DNA of 53,436 bases from a virus. Made by a program: the position numbers and the translations under genes. Positions within the stretch are counted from its first letter, which is position 1, and the number at the start of each line of letters is the position of its first letter. Under the pieces are notes generated by a model. The model searched no databases. It saw only the letters and a list, made by a program, of their open reading frames with translations, and was not told the DNA's origin. The DNA is taken from IMG/VR virus record IMGVR_UViG_3300030503_000465; one strand, 5' to 3'. This document shows, piece after piece, positions 25,202 to 33,205 of the stretch.

Positions 25202-25847
25202 TTGCCAAAGCGTTTAATTGATCCTGTGAACCTGTGAAATAATCACCATCCATGTCGCTATTATTCCAACGATAAGTATTTTGCCAAAATTCGGGTAATC
25301 CCCCTGTATCATAACGAACAGGGCAATTTTCCTGTAAAGATGAAAGCCACATCGGATTGTTTGGAAGCGGCGATGAATGGAAATATTCACGCATGTAATT
25401 ATTGTAGCTGTAAATGATACAGTCACGGGTTGTTTGCTGTTTTACGTAGTTTAAAAAGTCATTCAACCGTTGCAATGCCAATTCCCAATTATCGGCAACC
25501 CATTGATTTTGAACTTGTGTATCGGCATCGTTTTTACCTACAATATCTTCTACATCGATGCAGGGGGGCAAACATCCTACCCCTAAAAAATTAATATTTA
25601 GCGACAAAAAGTTTTTAGCTTGTGCAATTCCATCATAACGAGCATCGAAAAAATGATACGCCCCACGTTTTAGGTTTGGTGTGTTTTTGGCTTCTTGCCA
25701 TGAAGTATTAAATGTCGGGTCTTGATATGTTATGCCCTGTGTGGCTTTAAAAAAGATAAACTGTATACCCTTAGCTGTTAGTTGAGTTAGCGGTATTGGG
25801 TCGTTTAAATGGGACCTGTCAACGCCTGGAATATAATTGTTTGCCAT
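25188..25847 (-). CDS. Endolysin, glycoside hydrolase family 25 muramidase.
   Basis: GVDRSHLN...GIQFIFFKATQGITYQDPTF...GAYHFF matches the GH25 signature. ATG at 25847. Confidence 0.8.
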   Translation of the reverse strand: MANNYIPGVDRSHLNDPIPLTQLTAKGIQFIFFKATQGITYQDPTFNTSWQEAKNTPNLKRGAYHFFDARYDGIAQAKNFLSLNINFLGVGCLPPCIDVEDIVGKNDADTQVQNQWVADNWELALQRLNDFLNYVKQQTTRDCIIYSYNNYMREYFHSSPLPNNPMWLSSLQENCPVRYDTGGLPEFWQNTYRWNNSDMDGDYFTGSQDQLNALANVTG

Positions 25848-26015
25848 AAGTGTGTACCTTAATCTACGATTCAAACTCTTTTTTAACTATGAAACACAGT
25901 AAAGGCCATGTTATGATTATTAATGCCAGTGCAATGTATAATTTTACTTTTTTCATGGCTTCTTATTTACTTTCCCAAATTTATGTATTTTCTTTTTATG
26001 TTTTGAAAGTTTTTC

Positions 26016-26023
26016 TATATTTG
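26016..26023 (+). promoter_or_regulatory. -7 box TATATTTG upstream of ATG 26047.
   Basis: Exact TAnnTTTG match. Confidence 0.45.
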
Positions 26024-26046
26024 GAGTTCATTAACTCTCACAAATT

Positions 26047-26505
26047 ATGAAACTATTTAGAAAGAGAAAAATCATTTACGGTTGTGCCGCACGTGGGGAT
26101 GAACATTCGCCGTATTTAACAAGATGGGAATTGCTTTCTACAAAGCGGTTTGCAATATACTTACACAGGTTTGAACGTTCTGATGACAGGTCAAGTTTGC
26201 ACGATCACCCGTGGAACTTTATCACTATACCATTGAAATATGGATATAATGATTGTACTTATAACGGCGGCAAAGACAAGGATGGAAATCCTGATTTTAA
26301 CAGAAAATTAATGAAGCCATTTCACATTTATTATCGCCCGGCAACACATATTCATTTTGTCGAATTGCATCAGGATATGTTTTTACCCGTAGAGCGTAAA
26401 GCATGGACTTTGGTATTTAGATTCAAATACATAAGGTATTGGGGTTTTTGGCGTAAAGGATTATTTACTGTATTTCATGAGTATTTTATCAAAAACGGTT
26501 GTTAA
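26047..26505 (+). CDS. Hypothetical protein with an HDHPW motif, 152 aa.
   Basis: YLHRFERSDDRSSLHDHPWNF. Function unknown. The gene has its own promoter box and terminator. Confidence 0.6.
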   Translation: MKLFRKRKIIYGCAARGDEHSPYLTRWELLSTKRFAIYLHRFERSDDRSSLHDHPWNFITIPLKYGYNDCTYNGGKDKDGNPDFNRKLMKPFHIYYRPATHIHFVELHQDMFLPVERKAWTLVFRFKYIRYWGFWRKGLFTVFHEYFIKNGC

Positions 26506-26552
26506 TATTAACCGCTCAATTCTAATGTGAGAGTTAATTTTGACGGTTGATT

Positions 26553-26585
26553 AGCCTCTTATGCTTCGGCATGGAGGCTTTTTTC
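26553..26585 (+). terminator. Intrinsic terminator.
   Basis: AGCCTC...GAGGCT stem with an inner ATGC-TTCG-GCAT, followed by a T-run. Confidence 0.75.
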
Positions 26586-26586
26586 T

Positions 26587-26730
26587 TCACGGTATCTTTT
26601 TTGGTAATGGCTTAAACAAAGGAAACTCCATCTGCATCCTCGTAGTATCAGCAGAATATTGAGACTGAGCGTTAGCCACAACGGTGCAAAACAATAACAC
26701 CACTCCAAATAAGATCACGTGCTTAATCAT
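26587..26730 (-). CDS. Small secreted peptide, 47 aa.
   Basis: Signal peptide MIKHVILFGVVLLFCTVVANAQS. ATGA overlap with the preceding small ORF. Confidence 0.4.
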   Translation of the reverse strand: MIKHVILFGVVLLFCTVVANAQSQYSADTTRMQMEFPLFKPLPKKIP

Positions 26731-26824
26731 ACCGCTGCACCCTAACTGCACCCATGCAGGTTAATAATGAACCGAATATGAGGGCGATTATTAGCACGGT
26801 TAAAGATACAAAAAAGCCATTCAC
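26723..26824 (-). CDS. Possible small membrane peptide with a GTG start, 33 aa.
   Basis: NGFFVSLTVLIIALIFGSLL shares a 16-nt identical stretch with the peptide ORF at 29140..29226. It is also in frame with the upstream ORF past that ORF's TAA. Confidence 0.25.
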   Translation of the reverse strand: MNGFFVSLTVLIIALIFGSLLTCMGAVRVQRYD

Positions 26825-26869
26825 AAATGCAAATGGCTCCCAAAATGTAATTACATCTCGATTTGCTTC

Positions 26870-27106
26870 TTAGTAATTATCTTCCTCGGGGACTAATGTA
26901 AAGTCAACGTAATATTGCCGACCGGGAATGATAAAATCATAGGCTTTAGGATTACTAATCATCATTGTGATAGTTCCGCTTGGAGTTGCCTGTGAAAACT
27001 CGTTATCTTCCGTGTTTTTCTTGTTTGAATAAACGGCAGATAATTGCACTTCTTTTGACCCGTATCCGAAATCTTTTACGTAGTCACCTTTAAATTTTGC
27101 TCTCAA
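26870..27106 (-). CDS. Hypothetical protein, 78 aa, with a TTG start.
   Basis: ORF downstream of a minus-strand -7 box. Confidence 0.45.
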   Translation of the reverse strand: MRAKFKGDYVKDFGYGSKEVQLSAVYSNKKNTEDNEFSQATPSGTITMMISNPKAYDFIIPGRQYYVDFTLVPEEDNY

Positions 27107-27140
27107 TTGTTTTTATGATTTGCCTACTACTGGCTCGCTC

Positions 27141-27148
27141 CAAATATA
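27141..27148 (-). promoter_or_regulatory. -7 box TATATTTG on the minus strand.
   Basis: Exact match, upstream of 27106. Confidence 0.4.
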
Positions 27149-27152
27149 AATA

Positions 27153-27198
27153 AAACATTTGTGAAAGTTAAAAATGTTTGGTAGTATTGTGGTGTCGA
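27153..27198 (+). promoter_or_regulatory. Promoter: ..TTG - N20 - TAGTATTG - N2 - GTGTCGA.
   Basis: Same spacing and the same GTGTCRA element as the promoters at 20283 and 32334. One mismatch in the -7 box. Confidence 0.45.
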
Positions 27199-27226
27199 AA
27201 TAGTTCGACCGTAAAAGCTATACATA

Positions 27227-28198
27227 ATGAAAACTCAAATTTACAACTCCTATATGGAGTTCTTGTCACGTGGTGACAAAAAAGAAAACGGTGTATCAAA
27301 ATCATTCGCCGAATTAAACCCAAATTTCGAAACCGATAACAGCACAAACGAAGCGTGTTGGAATTGCCGTGGTTGCCGTGGTTGCAGTGATTGCAGTGGT
27401 TGCCATGGTTGCCATGGTTGCCGTGGTTGCCGTGGTTGCCATGGTTGCCATGGTTGCCGTGGTTGCCGTGGTTGCCGTGGTTGCAGTGATTGCCATGGTT
27501 GCCATGGTTGCCATGGTTGCCGTGATTGCCGTGATTGCCGTGGTTGCAGTGATTGCAGTGGTTGCCATGGTTGCCATGGTTGCCATGGTTGCAGTGATTG
27601 CAGTGGTTGCAGTGATTGCCGTGGTTGCCGTGGTTGCAGTGATTGCAGTGGTTGCCATGGTTGCCATGATTGCCGTGGTTGCAGTGATTGCAGTGATTGC
27701 CATGATTGCCATGGTTGCAGTGATTGCAGTGATTGCCATGGTTGCCATGGTTGCAGTGATTGCAGTGATTGCCATGGTTGCCGTGGTTGCAGTGATTTAT
27801 ATTTTAAAATGAATATCGAAAACCAAGTCGATAAAAAAACAGAATCGGAAAAACCAAGCCACCCAACTTTTGCAGGTATGAAAATACCAATACTGTCCAA
27901 TATACACCAACAAATATTAGAGGCTATCACGCCACCTGAACAACGCTTGAATATGAACGCTTGGCATACTTGCGGAACTACACATTGCCGCGCGGGATGG
28001 GCGGTTCATTTAGCCGGTAAAGAGGGGTATGAGTTGGAGAAAATAGGTGGAACTTGTTTTGCGGCTATGATGATTTTTAAATACTCATCACCAATAAAAG
28101 TTAGCCCTGTTCGGTTTTTTGAAGATAACGAGACAGCTTATCGTGATATTAAGAAATGCGCAACCGCCGAAAAGAGGCGCAATAAAAAGACTGCATGA
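27227..28198 (+). CDS. Cys-triplet repeat protein: a 43-aa N-terminus, then 49 x C-(R/H/S/W)-(G/D/N), then a ~175-aa C-terminal domain with a CGTTHCRAGW motif.
   Basis: The translation shows a cysteine at every third residue for 147 aa. The gene is monocistronic, with its own promoter and terminator. Confidence 0.75.
   Translation: MKTQIYNSYMEFLSRGDKKENGVSKSFAELNPNFETDNSTNEACWNCRGCRGCSDCSGCHGCHGCRGCRGCHGCHGCRGCRGCRGCSDCHGCHGCHGCRDCRDCRGCSDCSGCHGCHGCHGCSDCSGCSDCRGCRGCSDCSGCHGCHDCRGCSDCSDCHDCHGCSDCSDCHGCHGCSDCSDCHGCRGCSDLYFKMNIENQVDKKTESEKPSHPTFAGMKIPILSNIHQQILEAITPPEQRLNMNAWHTCGTTHCRAGWAVHLAGKEGYELEKIGGTCFAAMMIFKYSSPIKVSPVRFFEDNETAYRDIKKCATAEKRRNKKTA
27356..27796 (+). repeat. 49 x 9-bp tandem repeat TGC-(CGT/CAT/AGT)-(GGT/GAT).
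   Basis: Read directly. It uses one codon per amino acid, except that the first unit is TGT-TGG-AAT. Confidence 0.95.
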
Positions 28199-28229
28199 CA
28201 GGTTGATAGCTTAGCCTATCTGCTTTAAC

Positions 28230-28264
28230 AACCCGCCCTACGCAAGTTCGGTGGGTTTGTTTTT
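28230..28264 (+). terminator. Intrinsic terminator.
   Basis: AACCCGCC...GGTGGGTT stem followed by TTTGTTTTT. Confidence 0.7.
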
Positions 28265-28571
28265 ATTTCCTATTCTGTTTTAAATAATCTACATCTTTTT
28301 GTATAAGGGATATCTCTATCTCCTGCGTACCGACCTGGTTTTGAAGCGCCTTAATAGCGAGATCATTGGCGATGGACATTTTATTATTATTATCCTTCAA
28401 CTCATTGATGGCATTCGTTAAGTTGTCGATCTTAGCGTTCATGGTGACTATAAAAATAACCGCAGTTATAATCAACGCAACAAATTGTACTACATCTTTA
28501 AGTTTAAATTCGGTGTCTAATAGGGGTGTTTTCTCGTCCATGAGCCAGTTATATTTTGCTAAAGTTACCAT
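28263..28571 (-). CDS. Membrane-anchored coiled-coil protein, possibly an Rz-like i-spanin.
   Basis: One TM helix (VVQFVALIITAVIFIVTM) followed by heptad-like sequence. Confidence 0.3.
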   Translation of the reverse strand: MVTLAKYNWLMDEKTPLLDTEFKLKDVVQFVALIITAVIFIVTMNAKIDNLTNAINELKDNNNKMSIANDLAIKALQNQVGTQEIEISLIQKDVDYLKQNRK

Positions 28572-28618
28572 AATTTTTCATTTTAAGATTCGGCTAAGTA
28601 TATCAAAAATCGTGCTTA

Positions 28619-29143
28619 TTATTGTTTAATGACTACGTAATCAAAAGATAAGTTATTTGTTCCAATGGTTGGTGCAACCACAAAATTAACCGTAAATCCG
28701 GTAGTGGTTATTGAACTTACATACGATGGCCCGGCTGCAGCCAGTGAACGGGGAATAATCAAAACTGTTATTGGCGTAAATGGCAATGTCCCGCTTGAAT
28801 AAGTGACCGTGTACGATGTGGTGAGCGAAATTCCGCTCGAGGTAACATTTCCTTTTATGGTATTTCCGCTCCCTATTCTCAACCATCTTCTTGTTGAAAT
28901 TCCTGTAACTGCAATTGTAATAAAACCATCATCAATGGCCGTGGAAGAACTATTCCAGTTATAATTACCACCGTTACCATCCGTAGCCGATGTTAATCCC
29001 ATTAAAGTAACTATTTCATTGGTTTGCGGAGTAAAGCCGCGCAAATCAGTAAGCGTAGAAAGCGTCACCAGGGACATCGGGATTTGTTGGGCTTTGGAAA
29101 AAATACAAACAATAAGGAGTGGAATAATAAGTAGCTTTTTCAT
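28619..29143 (-). CDS. Secreted beta-rich protein, associated with the fibre locus.
   Basis: Signal peptide MKKLLIIPLLIVCIFSKAQQ. Also contains the motif GGNYNWNSSSTAIDDGFITI...RRWLRI. Confidence 0.5.
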   Translation of the reverse strand: MKKLLIIPLLIVCIFSKAQQIPMSLVTLSTLTDLRGFTPQTNEIVTLMGLTSATDGNGGNYNWNSSSTAIDDGFITIAVTGISTRRWLRIGSGNTIKGNVTSSGISLTTSYTVTYSSGTLPFTPITVLIIPRSLAAAGPSYVSSITTTGFTVNFVVAPTIGTNNLSFDYVVIKQ

Positions 29144-29226
29144 TTTAATTTACATATTAAGGTTTTAAATATCATGAACATACAGAAAGCATCTGTTATG
29201 AGGGCGATTATTGTTAAAGTGTTCAT
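29140..29226 (-). CDS. Tiny membrane peptide, 28 aa.
   Basis: MNTLTIIALITDAFCMFMIFKTLICKLK. TAATG and ATGA overlaps couple it to both neighbours. Confidence 0.35.
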   Translation of the reverse strand: MNTLTIIALITDAFCMFMIFKTLICKLK

Positions 29227-32117
29227 TATGGAATTACCTCCCAATTTACAGTACTCGTATCCGTAGTATCGGTAGTATTTGCGTTAGTTAAGGCCGTAAT
29301 CGTGAGAGTTCCGCTTGTGCACACCCCGGCATATTGCCATGTGGTTGAGACGGTTCCACCTACGCTAACAAAAGAAATATATGCTTTCGATGTAGTTGTT
29401 AACCCCGAAATGGAAATAGATTTTGTTCCTGCGACTAACGTTGTTTGACCGCTTGATGCCCAGGTCATTGTTCCTGATGCATTTACTACTGGGCTTTGCC
29501 CTGCCGCGCCAACTACCCCCAAAAGGCGCGGTACACCGTTATGGTCAATGGCGAACTTACTCGAACTTCCGACTTGCAAATCCATTAATAATTGGTTCCC
29601 GCTTCCAATGCCCGTTTCGATTCTGTTCACTAAAAGGTCAGTTGCAGCTCCTGTTCCAGTTTGATTATAGGTCGGCGTAATAGCAAAGTCATTGAACTGT
29701 CCGCTTGAATTAGTGATGGTATTACCGCTAACTGATATATTGGCCCCCGCTACAGACCAATTTCTTTGACCGATAGGAAAGTTGGTATTAGCCACACTAT
29801 AGATACCTGATGTCACGACATAGCTCCCTAATACCATATAACCAGTTGTGGTGGTATTACCAAAATTATCAACCATGAACTTACTCATGTTGCTTAGGGT
29901 TAAATTGATTAAATTATGACTTCCCGAACCAAACGTTCCCAAGCTGTTAAGATAAATATCGGTAAAACCTGCCGTACCTGTTTGCGCACCAGTAGGGTTT
30001 ACATATAGACCGTAGTTTGCCGTACCTGATGATGCGGAGTTTGTTAAAGCAAAGGTGTGTAAGCCTGTCCATGTCGGTACAATAGCCTGTGACAAAGCGG
30101 GTGCCGCATCTGAACGCATAGCGGTGGTTAGCGAACCGTTGACAGCAGTTAAACCAATTGTAGCCGTAGGGTTGGCGTAGGTTGCCCCCGTTACTGTAGC
30201 CCAAGTATTGTCCCCCCTCAAATAAGTAGTACTCGACGGTGTACCCGCTGCGGATAAATCAGCTATTGCAATTTGTGAAAAAGCTGGATTGCCAGAAGCG
30301 TTCCCGTGTAAAACTGTTGTAGTCGTCCCCTGGTTAGCGAAGTCGGATGAAGCAAGCCCTAATGTGATATTTGCGGATAATGCTTTGCCGTTTACGGTTG
30401 TTGTTTTGGGTACGTAGGTTGAAACAATATTAGCCTTTGATAAATAAGGCAGTAGACTTTTTTGTGTAGCAAACCCCGTACTTGTCGTATCTGTATTAGC
30501 CGTTGCAACTGTGAATGAACCGCCTAATGAAGTAGATGTACCGTTTAAAGTTATAGCTGAATTAGTAAGGGACGAATTGCCAATATTGGATAGTGTATTT
30601 GTGCTTCCGCTTATAGATTTGTTAGTCAGCGTATTGGTGCTTGACGGCGTTAAATAAGTGCCTATTGGTTGATAAGTCGAAGCCGCAGTCGTTTGTAGTA
30701 AATAAGCCGTCGCCACATCCGTACTATCCGCAAGCGTAGGATTTAGCCGATACGGCGTACTGATGGTCATATCCGAACCCCGTGTTACCCGTATTGTCCT
30801 GCGATATAACGAGTTTTTCCATGATAATCTGTTAAGGCTGTCCGCATAAATCCGCAAATGGTTTGTAACACTTGCAGGGGACGTTTCAGAGGTCAGGTCG
30901 AGATAACCATTGCCGCCTGTACCCGAAAGTGTTTCATTTGGCCATGTAGGGCTGTATGTCGGATCGAGTTGAATAACATTTGACGGTGCTTTTACGCCGT
31001 TTGTGAAAGTATAGGATGTGCCCGCATGCGCCAATATAGCACTATCAATCTCACCTCGTGTGGGTACTACCAATAGTGATGATTGATAATTAGGTTCGGT
31101 GGCATACGCCATTCCTAAGCCGTTTATTGTATTAAAGATAGTTATACCGTTTTGGGCACCATGATTTAGCCCTTGCATTTGAATTTCCTGTGATTTAGAA
31201 CCCTGTGCGAAATACAAGGTTGAGTTTTGGTCGCTCAATGAAATTACACCAGCGTTTACTCCTGATGAAAGCCCCCCTGAAAGTATCGAACTATTGCTCG
31301 ATGGGTCAACAACTAATTCGGTTATCCCGGCTGTTGTATCACCAATATTATTAGGCGTCCCCAAACTATACAACTGCGATTGCAGCACATAACTTCCACC
31401 ACCCGCGCCTGTGCCAAACTTAAACGTGCTGTCAGAACTGTCCCAAACAACCGGTGTTCCTCCTGAAATAATAGCTATTGTCCCCGGGTACATGAGCTTT
31501 ACACTTTTATTCAGGTGAACATTCTGGGCAAATGTTAATGTATTGTATTTTATTTGGTTACCTGATTGATAAAGTGGTACATTATTTATTGCGCCCGGGC
31601 TTGCGTTAGTAGGGGTAACATAAATATTGCTGATCGGGATGGTGTTATCGGGTATGGAAGGCGGCGTGTATGACGAACCCGGAACGCCCATGGCCAATAA
31701 TATCGTATTTGATCTCGTGGCATATAAAATATCCTGCCTGTATTGCCCTCCCGATGTAGGTGTAATAGTGGTGACGGTCGCGCTTCCTTTGCTATAAAGT
31801 GTATCATTTATCCGCCAGGAACCTGAGGGGGTGGTCGCGGTATAAGAGCTGATCGTGGTTGGTTGCAAACCCGATATAATACCGTCTGTGATTGGTTCGA
31901 ATTTGCTATTCGCTTGCACCGATGTATAAAACTGCGACGACCTGTTACCATTGGCTAAGTAGTAGTTTGCCAAGCTGTCCGTACCGTTATAGCGGAATGT
32001 TGGGGTGAAGCTGGTGGATGAAGGGGGTACGCCGGGCGTAAAGTAGGTCTGCTGCCCCCACCCCCACAATGGTAAAAATAGCAGGAATAGGGTGAGGTAT
32101 TTTAGATGTTTAATCAT
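29226..32117 (-). CDS. Large fibre or adhesin-like protein, 963 aa, with an N-terminal signal-peptide-like segment.
   Basis: MIKHLKYLTLFLLFLPLWGWGQQ followed by Ser/Thr/Gly/Asn-rich beta sequence. Confidence 0.55.
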   Translation of the reverse strand: MIKHLKYLTLFLLFLPLWGWGQQTYFTPGVPPSSTSFTPTFRYNGTDSLANYYLANGNRSSQFYTSVQANSKFEPITDGIISGLQPTTISSYTATTPSGSWRINDTLYSKGSATVTTITPTSGGQYRQDILYATRSNTILLAMGVPGSSYTPPSIPDNTIPISNIYVTPTNASPGAINNVPLYQSGNQIKYNTLTFAQNVHLNKSVKLMYPGTIAIISGGTPVVWDSSDSTFKFGTGAGGGSYVLQSQLYSLGTPNNIGDTTAGITELVVDPSSNSSILSGGLSSGVNAGVISLSDQNSTLYFAQGSKSQEIQMQGLNHGAQNGITIFNTINGLGMAYATEPNYQSSLLVVPTRGEIDSAILAHAGTSYTFTNGVKAPSNVIQLDPTYSPTWPNETLSGTGGNGYLDLTSETSPASVTNHLRIYADSLNRLSWKNSLYRRTIRVTRGSDMTISTPYRLNPTLADSTDVATAYLLQTTAASTYQPIGTYLTPSSTNTLTNKSISGSTNTLSNIGNSSLTNSAITLNGTSTSLGGSFTVATANTDTTSTGFATQKSLLPYLSKANIVSTYVPKTTTVNGKALSANITLGLASSDFANQGTTTTVLHGNASGNPAFSQIAIADLSAAGTPSSTTYLRGDNTWATVTGATYANPTATIGLTAVNGSLTTAMRSDAAPALSQAIVPTWTGLHTFALTNSASSGTANYGLYVNPTGAQTGTAGFTDIYLNSLGTFGSGSHNLINLTLSNMSKFMVDNFGNTTTTGYMVLGSYVVTSGIYSVANTNFPIGQRNWSVAGANISVSGNTITNSSGQFNDFAITPTYNQTGTGAATDLLVNRIETGIGSGNQLLMDLQVGSSSKFAIDHNGVPRLLGVVGAAGQSPVVNASGTMTWASSGQTTLVAGTKSISISGLTTTSKAYISFVSVGGTVSTTWQYAGVCTSGTLTITALTNANTTDTTDTSTVNWEVIP

Positions 32118-32152
32118 GCCTTAAAATTAATTGTAATAAAAATAATTATGCC

Positions 32153-32160
32153 TATATTTG
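32153..32160 (+). promoter_or_regulatory. -7 box TATATTTG, 5 nt before ATG 32166.
   Basis: Exact match. Confidence 0.45.
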
Positions 32161-32165
32161 CTAAT

Positions 32166-32336
32166 ATGCAGATAGAAATACCCGACCACGTAAATAAAGC
32201 GGCTTTAGCTAAGGAGTTATGGCCTGAATTAAGCAGGACTGTACGCACCGCAAAGTTCCACAATAAGCTGAATAATTGGTGTAGAATGAAGTTTTCTGAA
32301 CCTGAATTAGAAAAAATAAAAAATATTTTAAAATAG
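32166..32336 (+). CDS. Small protein, 56 aa, possibly a Cro-like DNA-binding regulator.
   Basis: MQIEIPDHVNKAALAKELWPELSRTVRTAKFHNKL... with a weak helix-turn-helix-like pattern. The start was chosen by the adjacent -7 box. Confidence 0.3.
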   Translation: MQIEIPDHVNKAALAKELWPELSRTVRTAKFHNKLNNWCRMKFSEPELEKIKNILK

Positions 32337-32379
32337 TTCTTGCATATATCAAACTATATGCGTTACTTTGAAGTGTCAA
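32334..32379 (+). promoter_or_regulatory. Promoter: TAGTTCTTG - N20 - TTACTTTG - N2 - GTGTCAA.
   Basis: Same element and spacing as the promoter at 20283..20328. Confidence 0.5.
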
Positions 32380-32410
32380 CCAATAAGGGTTACATTAAAA
32401 ATTGCAAAAG

Positions 32411-32581
32411 ATGATACGCACACCACACAACAACAATGACCACGCACAGTTATTAATGATTGAAATAGCAGGTGGTTTAAAAGGAACTCATATAAACGAT
32501 AAAATTGAAGTTCTTAAAAAACTGGCTCAATATATCGATAACAACATAACCAATTTAATATTGGAGCAAGAAGCTGCGTAG
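32411..32581 (+). CDS. Small hypothetical protein, 56 aa.
   Basis: First ATG ORF after the promoter. Confidence 0.4.
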   Translation: MIRTPHNNNDHAQLLMIEIAGGLKGTHINDKIEVLKKLAQYIDNNITNLILEQEAA

Positions 32582-32683
32582 TTACGCAATTCTATTCAGA
32601 CCCCAACCTCGCTATGAAAGTAGCGGGGATTTGGCGGTAAAAAGTAATAACAAATGAATGTTATTACCTAAAACTTGCAAATC

Positions 32684-32986
32684 ATGACACCAGCAGAACA
32701 AAACATTATCAATGCTAAAGAAGCCCACATCGATGCTATTAACAATGCAATTGATGCTATTATCAATCTTGAAGATTTTTGTATATTATCAAATCCTTTA
32801 ATATCAGCTTTATCCAAATTAAATAGTATGAGACATTGCGCCGAAACAGAAATAAATGTCGGTGAAAGAGTTTATGATAGTTTCAATAAAATAGAGGTGA
32901 TTGTATCTGAAATACACACATTAAATTACTTTTTAGAAAATGGCGAAAGTGTTGGCAGGAAGTATTGCTTTCCAGTAGCCATATAG
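32684..32986 (+). CDS. Hypothetical protein, 100 aa.
   Basis: ORF; ATG at 32684. Confidence 0.55.
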   Translation: MTPAEQNIINAKEAHIDAINNAIDAIINLEDFCILSNPLISALSKLNSMRHCAETEINVGERVYDSFNKIEVIVSEIHTLNYFLENGESVGRKYCFPVAI

Positions 32987-33073
32987 CATAACCACAGTTC
33001 CGCAAGTCTGCGGTTGAAACATCAGCGCATACCTCAACAGGTTGCGCTTTTGGCAGTAAAAAACACATACATC

Positions 33074-33205
33074 ATGAAACCATTAGAACCATACAAACAC
33101 GTATTTCACGGCGATGCAACAGGTCTCGAGCAGGCTATCGTTGCGATCGAGTTATTTTTGCTCGCGTTGCCTTTTATTGTTCACTTTAGCCAGTATTTGA
33201 GATGA
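33074..33205 (+). CDS. Small membrane protein, 43 aa.
   Basis: ATG at 33074. C-terminal hydrophobic helix. ATGA overlap with the next gene. Confidence 0.4.
   Translation: MKPLEPYKHVFHGDATGLEQAIVAIELFLLALPFIVHFSQYLR

Noticed and set aside
27250-27930. Long ORFs on other frames and on the opposite strand across the Cys-array repeat (27250..27930 minus, 27314..27775 minus, 27369..27812 plus).
   Set aside because: The 9-bp repeat lacks stop codons in several frames, so these ORFs are by-products of the repeat. Only the 27227..28198 frame has non-repetitive flanking coding sequence, a promoter and a terminator.
29226-32117. A diversity-generating retroelement targeting the fibre genes.
   Set aside because: No reverse transcriptase ORF is present, and I noticed no template/variable repeat pair.
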